Shown here: positions 52,326-60,491 of the stretch, piece by piece
Layout: each line of letters begins with the position of its first letter
How positions within the stretch are numbered: position 1 is the first letter of the stretch
Virus record (IMG/VR): IMGVR_UViG_3300021379_000425
Location: 1-64,000 of that record
Length of the DNA stretch: 64,000 nucleotides
Source of the DNA: a virus
Reading direction: 5' to 3' (one strand)
The notes under the pieces: generated by a model
Databases searched by the model: none
Seen by the model: the letters and a program-made list of their open reading frames with translations, nothing else
Told to the model about the DNA's origin: nothing
Made by a program: the position numbers and the translations under genes

Positions 52326-53219
52326 TCAAGAGAGCATGTCAGGTGTGAGTTTGCTGATGTTCTCAGTGATGTACTGCAATGCTTTGGCTTTGGTCTTGGA
52401 CTCAGCCTCGGATGCACCCATGTCTCTAGCGACTCTCTTGATTGTGGAGTGGTGCTTGCCCTCGATTACTGCAAGTGCATGTTGACCTGCTTCTTGATGA
52501 CCTTCGTTGCCCAGTGATGTACCTTGCTCGTACACAAACTTGCTTGCTTCCTCAAGTCTGTCTTGCTTCTTAACAGCCCACCAGTCTTGCCCGTACTTGT
52601 TTCTTGCCCACGCTTTCTTAGCCTTAGCCTTAGATGGGTATGGGATTGCTTGTCCTTGCTTGTCACCTTTTGCGTATACAACACCTTGAGCGAAGAATGC
52701 TTCACCAGCCTTGAGTGTGTCTGCAAGTTTGTTCGCTTTACCCAGCCTCTTGAGTGTCCTGCGGTAGTTGCCTAGAATGTGGAAAGCACCGTTTCTCTCA
52801 ATGCCTGCATTGTTACCCTTGCTAGGTGTGTAAGGGAGTGAGAAGAGTTTAGCCATGTGCGCTCTTGTGTTCCAAAATGCAGGTATTTTGTTCCTCATTG
52901 CAACAGGTGTGCAAGGGTCTTCTCTCAAGTCCATGAGCATCATGCCCAAGTTAACCAGTTGTTCAGCAGTGAACTCGTTGTGTGTGTACACAACTGTCTT
53001 GTCTGCGCCTTTGCCGACTTGCTTGCTGTCGAACTCAGGTGTGCCTGCTTGTACGCTTGCTTGTGTAAGTGGTAGTACGCAAGTCTTGGACTTGCTCGCT
53101 AGGAATGCTCCTATGCGTTCACCCACCCCCGTCATTTGGTTAGCGTATGCTACGGTTCGGTCTATGTTATCTGTGCTTATGGGTATCATGTATTTGTTTG
53201 CCATGTTCTTAACCTCCAC
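52326..53219 (-). CDS. Basic hypothetical protein, first gene of the leftward early arm
   Basis: K/A-rich ORF with its own promoter copy and terminator; start GTG 53219 or ATG 53204. Confidence 0.7.
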   Translation of the reverse strand: MEVKNMANKYMIPISTDNIDRTVAYANQMTGVGERIGAFLASKSKTCVLPLTQASVQAGTPEFDSKQVGKGADKTVVYTHNEFTAEQLVNLGMMLMDLREDPCTPVAMRNKIPAFWNTRAHMAKLFSLPYTPSKGNNAGIERNGAFHILGNYRRTLKRLGKANKLADTLKAGEAFFAQGVVYAKGDKQGQAIPYPSKAKAKKAWARNKYGQDWWAVKKQDRLEEASKFVYEQGTSLGNEGHQEAGQHALAVIEGKHHSTIKRVARDMGASEAESKTKAKALQYITENISKLTPDMLS

Positions 53220-53228
53220 CCTTCGATT

Positions 53229-53248
53229 CTTTAGCAGTTTATATACTA
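53229..53248 (-). promoter_or_regulatory. Viral promoter motif copy 10 (divergent: TAGTATATAAACTGCTAAAG)
   Basis: Same 3' half and the same spacing to a GTG as the other copies. Confidence 0.7.
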
Positions 53249-53274
53249 AAGACGCTTTTTGCACTTGTTAGAGA

Positions 53275-53540
53275 ACCATAGCGCATAGCGTATAGCAGGT
53301 CATAAGCATGGGTGTACTACCCATATGGGTTGGGGTTAAGGTGTCGCTATTTATGGGGGCTTACGCCCTTACGGGCGCAGGATTAGGGGCGAGGTTGGTG
53401 GGAGAGGGCATCTCACCCGCCCGCCCATAGGCAGGTACAGGGGCGCAAGGGGGTCATAGCACGACCCCATAGCACGGTTTTCCCCACCCCATAGCACGCC
53501 CTTAGAAGGAGGCATAGCCATAGCACACCCCATAGCCCTT
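53275..53540. repeat. GC-rich non-coding strand-switch region with CATAGC / CCCCATAGCAC repeats
   Basis: About nine CATAG(C) units between divergently transcribed arms. Confidence 0.65.
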
Positions 53541-53619
53541 CTTTTAACCGCATACACCTCTCGGAGAAAAAAATTACAAAATGAAAAATTTTTAATAAAC
53601 ACCCCTCATACGAGTATCA

Positions 53620-53973
53620 ATGTCTCCTTTCCAAGACGCATGGAATATTTTGAAATCAAATGTCTATAATGCCGCTAGGCGTTCCACTTTACCAGCATAT
53701 CACCCTGCGATTATGGGTATGATGGAAAGAAGATACTTGACAGGTGAAGCAGGACCATTTGAAGGATTTGAGCCTAGCGATGTCCACCCTAACGAGCAAT
53801 CACCATTTAGAGTAAACAACATAGCAAATATGAGGGCTGATGAACTAAGAGGTAGAATACAACGCCAAAGTGTACCTAAAGTGATGCCGTATACAGATTC
53901 TCCTAGCGATGAAAACATAGACAGGGAATCTCGTGAGCAACTTCTTAGAGAAAGTAGACCGCAATTTAGATGA
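53620..53973 (+). CDS. Tagged hypothetical protein (MSPFQDAWNILKS)
   Basis: N-terminal tag; TATA-like TTTTTAATAA about 25-30 nt upstream. Confidence 0.65.
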   Translation: MSPFQDAWNILKSNVYNAARRSTLPAYHPAIMGMMERRYLTGEAGPFEGFEPSDVHPNEQSPFRVNNIANMRADELRGRIQRQSVPKVMPYTDSPSDENIDRESREQLLRESRPQFR

Positions 53974-54038
53974 TAATGGTCATTCCAGTGGTCAACCAGT
54001 AAGTTTAACTTCTACACCGCTATCGTCTGTAAGATAGC

Positions 54039-54872
54039 ATGGAAGTCACAGTGTACGAAGTCGGTCCTAGAGATGGTTTGCAGTACCTTGATGACATCGT
54101 GCCGACTAGAGAGAAAGTCAAACTAATCGAGATGCTGTACGACAGTGGGCTTACCAAAATCGAGGAAGTCAGTTTCGCTCACCCCAAACTGCTACCGCAG
54201 ATGGCTGACGCTGAGGCTGTTTTCACAGGGAGTGGGTCTGTGCTGGTGATGAACCAGCGTGGGTTCGAGCGAGCCAATTCGTGCGGTGTCGTGCTAATCA
54301 ATGTGGTTATCAGTCCTTGCGAAGTCTTCAATGTCAAGAATACCGGCAAAACACGGTCCGAGTTGATGACGATGTACAAAACAATGCTGGCGAATCACCC
54401 TAAGCAGTTCGTGAGGGTGTACATCAGCATGGCGTTTGGTAGTCCGTATAGTGGGCAGTTTAGTGCAAGAGAGATTCGTAACTGCGTGAGGGATGCAAGG
54501 ATGCTTGGCGGTACAGTGGTCTTTGCTGATACCGTAGGGGCTGGTACGCCCGATGAAGTAAAGATGATGGCTGACATAGCCAAAGATGAAGGTGTGCGCC
54601 CGGCTTTGCATCTGCATCATAAGGGCGAAGACGAGAAAGCGATTCGTTTGGTGCAGGCGGGGCTGATGGCTGGTATAACTGAGTTTGATAGCAGTATAGC
54701 CGGGCTTGGTGGGTGTCCGTTTGCTGAGGGTAGTGGTGCTAACCTGTCTACCTCGACACTGGTGCGTCATTTACATGCATGGGGCTTTGAGACAGGCGTT
54801 GACGAGAAAAAGTTAATTGCCGCTGAAAAATTCGTTAATTATTTTAGTCGTGACTCCATCCCAGCCCCATGA
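54039..54872 (+). CDS. Hydroxymethylglutaryl-CoA lyase (DRE-TIM family)
   Basis: EVGPRDGLQ, ADTVG, HLH, GLGGCPFA, NLST motifs. Confidence 0.9.
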   Translation: MEVTVYEVGPRDGLQYLDDIVPTREKVKLIEMLYDSGLTKIEEVSFAHPKLLPQMADAEAVFTGSGSVLVMNQRGFERANSCGVVLINVVISPCEVFNVKNTGKTRSELMTMYKTMLANHPKQFVRVYISMAFGSPYSGQFSAREIRNCVRDARMLGGTVVFADTVGAGTPDEVKMMADIAKDEGVRPALHLHHKGEDEKAIRLVQAGLMAGITEFDSSIAGLGGCPFAEGSGANLSTSTLVRHLHAWGFETGVDEKKLIAAEKFVNYFSRDSIPAP

Positions 54873-55099
54873 GCGCATTTGACAAGGCGTGGAGTTTACT
54901 CAAGCAACAGCCAATGATAGGCGACCCGGAAGGACCTTTGGCACAAGCACTGGCTAGAGCAAGGCAACAACCAAAGCCAAAACCTTTGCAGATAACCAAT
55001 CTACCGCCTAAAGAGCCTCAAATGGTGCAGACTCAACTGCCAGCCGAACTAACTCAAGGCGCACATGAGACACCTTTCAAGATATTCGGTCAGCAGTGA
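54869..55099 (+). CDS. Tagged small P/Q-rich protein (MSAFDKAWSLLKQ)
   Basis: N-terminal tag; ATGA overlap. Confidence 0.65.
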   Translation: MSAFDKAWSLLKQQPMIGDPEGPLAQALARARQQPKPKPLQITNLPPKEPQMVQTQLPAELTQGAHETPFKIFGQQ

Positions 55100-55103
55100 T
55101 AGC

Positions 55104-55856
55104 ATGACACCGATGGAGAAGGCTTGGCAATTGCTCAAGGCGACCTATCGCATTGAGGCACAGCGACCAATGTATGCACATTCAGGTAGAAGGGAGTATA
55201 GGCTCTTAGACCAAGACGACAATGTTTTATCAACACTATCAGGTGATTTGTCAAGAAATAACAGTCTTAGTGATATTCACGGACATACTCGTGGAAAATA
55301 CCGTAGACAAGGAAATTATAAAAAATTGATAAATGCTCTATTACAACAAGGTATAGGTATAACTAGTAGTGAAAGAAACGATAAATCTCACCCATTTCAT
55401 GAAAAGTTCATGTCTAATTTACCTAAGAATGTAGATTATGCTGATACATTTAATGATTTTCACCACCTTACACCAATACACTATTCAAAAAAGAAAACCG
55501 CAAGATTCCCAAATAGCGATTTGAATATTCGTGACTACGGCTCTATTCCTATACATCATCTAGGATATGAAAATCCTACTGAAAATAGTAGATTCCACGG
55601 CACAATGGATAATAGAAGATTAACTGAATTTGCTGGTCATTCAATGTTCCCCGGTAGAGTAGCAAATCCTTTAGATTTCGCTAGAGACTGGGCATGGGAA
55701 GATTATGATAAAACTCGAAATGAAAAAGAGAAATTAAATCGTTTACAAGTGGATAACCAACCTGAGACTTTCCAAGCCGGACTCGCTAATTATGACAGGA
55801 ATTTTCTTAAACCGCCTGAATTACAGCAGTTCCTAGATGATATTAACCAAAGATAA
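55104..55856 (+). CDS. Tagged protein with GNAT-like acetyltransferase domain
   Basis: Start MTPMEKAWQLLKA; KYRRQGNYKKLINALL resembles GNAT motif A. Confidence 0.6.
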   Translation: MTPMEKAWQLLKATYRIEAQRPMYAHSGRREYRLLDQDDNVLSTLSGDLSRNNSLSDIHGHTRGKYRRQGNYKKLINALLQQGIGITSSERNDKSHPFHEKFMSNLPKNVDYADTFNDFHHLTPIHYSKKKTARFPNSDLNIRDYGSIPIHHLGYENPTENSRFHGTMDNRRLTEFAGHSMFPGRVANPLDFARDWAWEDYDKTRNEKEKLNRLQVDNQPETFQAGLANYDRNFLKPPELQQFLDDINQR

Positions 55857-55965
55857 TCATGATTAAGTCCTCTATTAGAGGCTTGATAATCTTCTCATAC
55901 AACCATGCAAACGGCATTAAAATAATCGCTAAACAAACTTTTGCTACTCCTTTCAACAGTGACAT
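55843..55965 (-). CDS. 40-aa hydrophobic peptide (not in ORF track)
   Basis: Hand translation MSLLKGVAKVCLAIILMPFAWLYEKIIKPLIEDLIMIIFG. Confidence 0.4.
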   Translation of the reverse strand: MSLLKGVAKVCLAIILMPFAWLYEKIIKPLIEDLIMIIFG

Positions 55966-55977
55966 CCCAAATCCCCA

Positions 55978-57486
55978 TCAGTAGTAGAATTGGGGTGGAG
56001 TATATGTTGGTTTTGCTATATCATCAACATCTTCCTGCATTCCGGTGAGTAATTTGACGACATGTTCCATGTCCGGGTGGATATTTCCTACCATAGTGCC
56101 GTCACTTGTCTCTTCAAATGTGTGATTGCGGTCTAGCACTGCAAGGTCACGGCGCATATCTTCACTGATTTCGTTAGGAAGTTGTAGTTCACCCTTGAGC
56201 ATACGCCATGCTAAGTCCATTGGTTCACTTTTTAGTACTAATTTTTCATTTCCATATTCATCAGTTTCTATTACATAAGCCCCCGATGATAGCATCATCT
56301 GTACTTGTGGGTCATTGCGGTCAACTTTAGTTGGTTCTGCTTGGACATTCAGTGGATTGACAGTATCGTTTTTTGCCCTAATGTTAAGCAAGTTTTGTTG
56401 TAGCGGGTGCTGTGCTTGAAGATATGTAGACCTCGGTGCGCCAGTTTCGGGGTCAATATCCATTCTACCGGCAAAGTTTTGCATCATTCTATCAGCACCT
56501 TGCCTGTAAATGTTTCTTGGATTGAATATATTAGTTAAATTTGCAGAAGATGAAACATCATCTCTACTGATTCTACCGCCCTCAGCGACTCTTTCTACTG
56601 CTCTTTGGTTTATTTCTTGGGCAGATGGTCCTTTTGATTCCATAAATTTAGGTGCAGAAACGAATTCATACTCGGAATCTCTTATTGGATGCCATTCTTT
56701 TGTCTGTCGATGACCAGTATGATGTTCTGCGCCTACTGTTATTAAACCGATACCGCTTCCTCCATCTTCTGCTCTTGATGTTTTATGTCCGATTACATAG
56801 TGTGGTCTATCAATGCCCTCTTTAGGTTCATCAGTGGAGAGTCCGGGTACTTTCAAAACAGGATATTCATTGTATGTTTCATTACCCAGCCTTGTTTCTA
56901 TTTTAGTGTTAAGATACTCTTTCAGTTCGGGATTTTTCTCTAATAAAATATCTGCAACTGCAAGTGCTACATCTTCATGAGAATAACCCTCAAGACCTTT
57001 TGGCATTTCTTGATTCGGTTCTATTCTCTTATCAGCGTTTTTAGAATAATGATTTTTATCTGCTAAACCGACAGTGTGTTTTTTCCCTCTTTTCATTTGT
57101 GCTTTAATATTGTCTATTTGACTGTCATTCCACATGGCATCCCATTTCCATGCTTTCATCAAATTCCAAAGGATGTCCATCGGCTCACCTGTGCGTATTT
57201 CGCTACCGGCTTTTGCCGCTTGAGCCATCTGTTGATTTTGATTCATCATGTTTTGCTGTTGCATTTGTTGGCGGTTTGCCTGTTGCTCACCTACATTTGA
57301 AGCGATTTGTCCAGCAGTTAGAGCCTGTCCAGCCTTCGTGTTGCCAGCCTGTACTGCGACCTTACCTACTTTCTTGGCGGCCTGTTTAGCACCCTGTACT
57401 GCCGCCTGCCTTCCAGCCTGTGTAGCCACTGCACCAGCAACCGCCTTTGCACCGGCGATAAGTGCAGGAGGTATGAACGCCGGCAT
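55978..57486 (-). CDS. Multi-segment protein with A/G/Q-rich N-terminus and two internal tags
   Basis: EPMDILWNLMKA and EPMDLAWRMLKG. Confidence 0.7.
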   Translation of the reverse strand: MPAFIPPALIAGAKAVAGAVATQAGRQAAVQGAKQAAKKVGKVAVQAGNTKAGQALTAGQIASNVGEQQANRQQMQQQNMMNQNQQMAQAAKAGSEIRTGEPMDILWNLMKAWKWDAMWNDSQIDNIKAQMKRGKKHTVGLADKNHYSKNADKRIEPNQEMPKGLEGYSHEDVALAVADILLEKNPELKEYLNTKIETRLGNETYNEYPVLKVPGLSTDEPKEGIDRPHYVIGHKTSRAEDGGSGIGLITVGAEHHTGHRQTKEWHPIRDSEYEFVSAPKFMESKGPSAQEINQRAVERVAEGGRISRDDVSSSANLTNIFNPRNIYRQGADRMMQNFAGRMDIDPETGAPRSTYLQAQHPLQQNLLNIRAKNDTVNPLNVQAEPTKVDRNDPQVQMMLSSGAYVIETDEYGNEKLVLKSEPMDLAWRMLKGELQLPNEISEDMRRDLAVLDRNHTFEETSDGTMVGNIHPDMEHVVKLLTGMQEDVDDIAKPTYTPPQFYY

Positions 57487-57502
57487 GGAATTACCATAGA
57501 GC

Positions 57503-57521
57503 GATAATTCTTTAAATTATC
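57503..57521. promoter_or_regulatory. Probable bidirectional TATA promoter
   Basis: GATAATT-CTTTA-AATTATC quasi-palindrome with TTTAAA about 26-27 nt from both divergent ATGs (57486, 57539). Confidence 0.55.
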
Positions 57522-57538
57522 CGTAATTAAAACATTTC

Positions 57539-60250
57539 ATGCGTAGGGGCGAAGACATCGAGAAAGCCCCTTCCAAACCTAAATCTTTCAAAGAATATTT
57601 AGAAACAATGCTGTCCGAAACTCCACCGTGGGCTTTGTACGAGGAAGGTGGAGAAACGGCACTTGATTATTCACCTTACGACCACCCTAAACTGAAAAAT
57701 GTTGAAGATAAAAAGAAAGAAGATAAATTAAGAGAGTTGCTATTACATGATGAACCTAGATACCGACCTAGACTTCTTGACCCCGAAAATGCTGTGTTTG
57801 TACCTAAATTAGATGATAGATTAGATTCTGTTATAGATGACCCTTTGATAAACTATGGTAAAAAATTCGCAAAGCCTTTTGAAAATGTAATAAGACAGGG
57901 TAAAAGATTAGTTGACCCTAAATTAATACGACCAAAATCGAGTGTACAAACTACATTACCGCAACATTTTCCTAGACTAACAACCGAAAATCCTTACGAT
58001 GAAGAGGGTAGAATAAAACCCGGTGCTATTGCGCCGATAACTGCTTTTAAACAAATGGGTAGAGATGCTTTCAATAATCTTCTTTCTTACGGTTTGATAC
58101 CCGGATTAACAGTTGATTCCTTAGATTGGGAAGATAGGTCTAATTTACGAGATATGACTCCTGTTCCTGTAAAATCGGGGGCATCATTTGTAGCCCCAGT
58201 AGGTACTTTAGATGCCATAAGGGGTACAATGAATCAATCGGGAGGTCGAGGAAAACCGATTTATGTAGGCATTAGAGGATTTGCACAACCGGAAGATAAA
58301 GCATTCTTGAGAACAGACAGTAGAGAACCAATAGAGGCGGCGGCTTTGGGTCGTATTCCACCGGAAAGATTGGTTTTACCTTTCAATGTAGCACAATCGG
58401 GAAAGGAATTTGGAAGCCCACTTTCTTTTGAAGAATGGCGAAATGCTTCAAAAGGACCTACAACATTTGAAGATTATGTGGCACAAATGAAAGGTCCGAG
58501 GTATCTTCAACATTTACAAGATGCTGGATATACGGAAGAAATAGATGATTACAGGCAACTTTGGAATAGTAGACAAGATATGCAAAGATTAGATTATGAA
58601 AAGTATTTACAAACAATGAAAAATTCTAGTATAAGAACAAATTTATTGAATCAAAGACTGGCTGAATTAGGAGAAGATTTTCCACCCTTAACGGCTGAAA
58701 ATTACCCAATGGAAGGGGGGCAAAGAAATCCTTACCAAACATTATACTACGAACATCTTTACGAAGATAAATTTCCAAAAACTGCCGCTGATACAAAAAA
58801 TACAAGGGTAAAACAGGCTTTAGGTGCTGTGCCGAAAGAATGGAGTCAAAACACTAAATTTAATTTGATGAACCCTGCTTTAAGCGATGCTGAAAGGGAA
58901 GCAATAAGACAAGAATTTCAAGCGAATGCTGACCACGAAATACATATGAATAGTAGACATGATGGCACTGTTCACCCTGCTCAATTCAATAGAATTACAA
59001 GAGGTTTGATGAGCGCAATATATGGTCCACAAGCATCTAATATGATTGATTTCCGAGACAATGTAGGAGATTCTTATTCCGAAAGAGGTGAAAAAATAGG
59101 ATTAGAAATGAATAACCCAGCGGCGGCATCGTTAGGATTACCTAATACATGGAACGCACCTCAATTATTCAATCCTAATTTCAATCCTAATCAATCAGTG
59201 ATAAAAGCACCAAGAATCACTGCATACAGTCCTAGAGAAATAAGAGACATAGCACCCGACCTGCAAGGAATTAGGTATATACCGAAAGAATACTTAGAAT
59301 CCGCTGGTAAGCCAATTAGAGTTCATAGTGGTGGGAAAAGAGGTGTAGGGCAATCCTATGATTGGGAGCAGGATTTACAGCGATTAAAATACGATATACC
59401 GCAAAGTAGTTTTTATTCATGGATGATAAATAAACCAAAACCGCTTACAGGTTTGTTTAGTGAAGAATTTAGAATGATACCCGAATACAATATTGCAGGA
59501 AGAGAGTTAGAATTATCTCCGGTTGAAAGTGGAAATATTGTCGCTGGACAGTTTATGCACCCACCAGTAAAAGAAGCATTAAGAGAACCCGATTATACTG
59601 CACATCTTCACAGACCGATGGCTCTCACTGGAATATTGGAACAGCCTCAATTCATGAGAGAAGGAACTGAGGGGTCTAAAGGATTAGGTGAAGGATTCCA
59701 CTATGGAGAACTAGAGCCGGATTCTGTCGTACAATTAGAACTACCACATAATATACAGCCTATGGAAATGGCTAGTGTTGCTAGGAAAAGAGAGTATGAT
59801 AGACCTAGAAATCAAAGAGAGAAAGACGCAATGAATTGGTTAAGCCACATACCAAGTATGGGTGTGCCTACATCTACTGAATGGTGGAAGCAACAGGGTG
59901 CAACGGAAATGACCGCACCTCAACTTGAACAGGCTGGATTATTCCAAGCCGGTGAACCAATGGACATCGCTATGCAGTTGCTAAAGCGGGAGATGAGTCC
60001 GGAAGCGAAACAACATAAACTCGAATATGACAAGAAGTATGAGTCCACGCCGGAGAGAGTCAAGTATCGTGAAGAGTTGAACCGTGAGCGCAGAAAGCGT
60101 GGTATCTACGGTAGCGGCGACCATATGGATGTCAGTCACACCGAGGGTGGTAAGTTAACTCTCGAAGGTGAACATGAGAATAGAGCGAGACATTTCAAAG
60201 AGCGTGGTACGCTTAGACCTAGCAAAATCGCTGTACGCAAAGACAATTGA
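57539..60250 (+). CDS. Multidomain protein: two possible ADP-ribosyltransferase-like domains and a tagged C-terminal HNH-like domain
   Basis: PITAFK...GLIPG...YVGIR...E....IPPERL; IRVH...GE....LEPDSV; EPMDIAMQLLKR then DVSH...ENRARH. Confidence 0.5.
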   Translation: MRRGEDIEKAPSKPKSFKEYLETMLSETPPWALYEEGGETALDYSPYDHPKLKNVEDKKKEDKLRELLLHDEPRYRPRLLDPENAVFVPKLDDRLDSVIDDPLINYGKKFAKPFENVIRQGKRLVDPKLIRPKSSVQTTLPQHFPRLTTENPYDEEGRIKPGAIAPITAFKQMGRDAFNNLLSYGLIPGLTVDSLDWEDRSNLRDMTPVPVKSGASFVAPVGTLDAIRGTMNQSGGRGKPIYVGIRGFAQPEDKAFLRTDSREPIEAAALGRIPPERLVLPFNVAQSGKEFGSPLSFEEWRNASKGPTTFEDYVAQMKGPRYLQHLQDAGYTEEIDDYRQLWNSRQDMQRLDYEKYLQTMKNSSIRTNLLNQRLAELGEDFPPLTAENYPMEGGQRNPYQTLYYEHLYEDKFPKTAADTKNTRVKQALGAVPKEWSQNTKFNLMNPALSDAEREAIRQEFQANADHEIHMNSRHDGTVHPAQFNRITRGLMSAIYGPQASNMIDFRDNVGDSYSERGEKIGLEMNNPAAASLGLPNTWNAPQLFNPNFNPNQSVIKAPRITAYSPREIRDIAPDLQGIRYIPKEYLESAGKPIRVHSGGKRGVGQSYDWEQDLQRLKYDIPQSSFYSWMINKPKPLTGLFSEEFRMIPEYNIAGRELELSPVESGNIVAGQFMHPPVKEALREPDYTAHLHRPMALTGILEQPQFMREGTEGSKGLGEGFHYGELEPDSVVQLELPHNIQPMEMASVARKREYDRPRNQREKDAMNWLSHIPSMGVPTSTEWWKQQGATEMTAPQLEQAGLFQAGEPMDIAMQLLKREMSPEAKQHKLEYDKKYESTPERVKYREELNRERRKRGIYGSGDHMDVSHTEGGKLTLEGEHENRARHFKERGTLRPSKIAVRKDN

Positions 60251-60252
60251 TA

Positions 60253-60459
60253 CTGTTCACTATGTTCACTATGTTCACTTTGCTCATCAAAGTGTTCACT
60301 AAAAATGACCATTTCGATTGCCTAATGTTCAATATATCCCTTATTATAATAATATAATATTAAGAGTAGTAGTACTATGAAAAAATGAACATTCTCATTC
60401 TGCTCATTTTGAATGAACAAAGTGGTGAACATTTTGAACAAAGCGAACATTTTGAACAC
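60253..60459. repeat. Origin-like element 2: TGTTCA iterons / AT-rich core / TGAACA iterons
   Basis: 9-bp-period iterons; shares a 21-bp core with element 1. Confidence 0.7.
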
Positions 60460-60491
60460 AATCTTTATGATGACCTCTCGGTTGACCATAA

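Noticed and set aside
51750-52517. ORF-track ORFs 51750-51935, 51953-52168, 51967-52158, 51971-52291, 52224-52517
   Set aside because: They overlap iterons, stems and a terminator, lack RBS/coupling, and have atypical composition; likely spurious.
53369-53602. 77-aa ORF in the GC-rich switch region
   Set aside because: The translation reflects the CATAGC repeats and has no protein-like features.
51645-60459. Invertible segment or transposon bounded by the two iteron elements
   Set aside because: The shared asymmetric core is in direct orientation, the arrays are degenerate, and no recombinase or transposase is visible.
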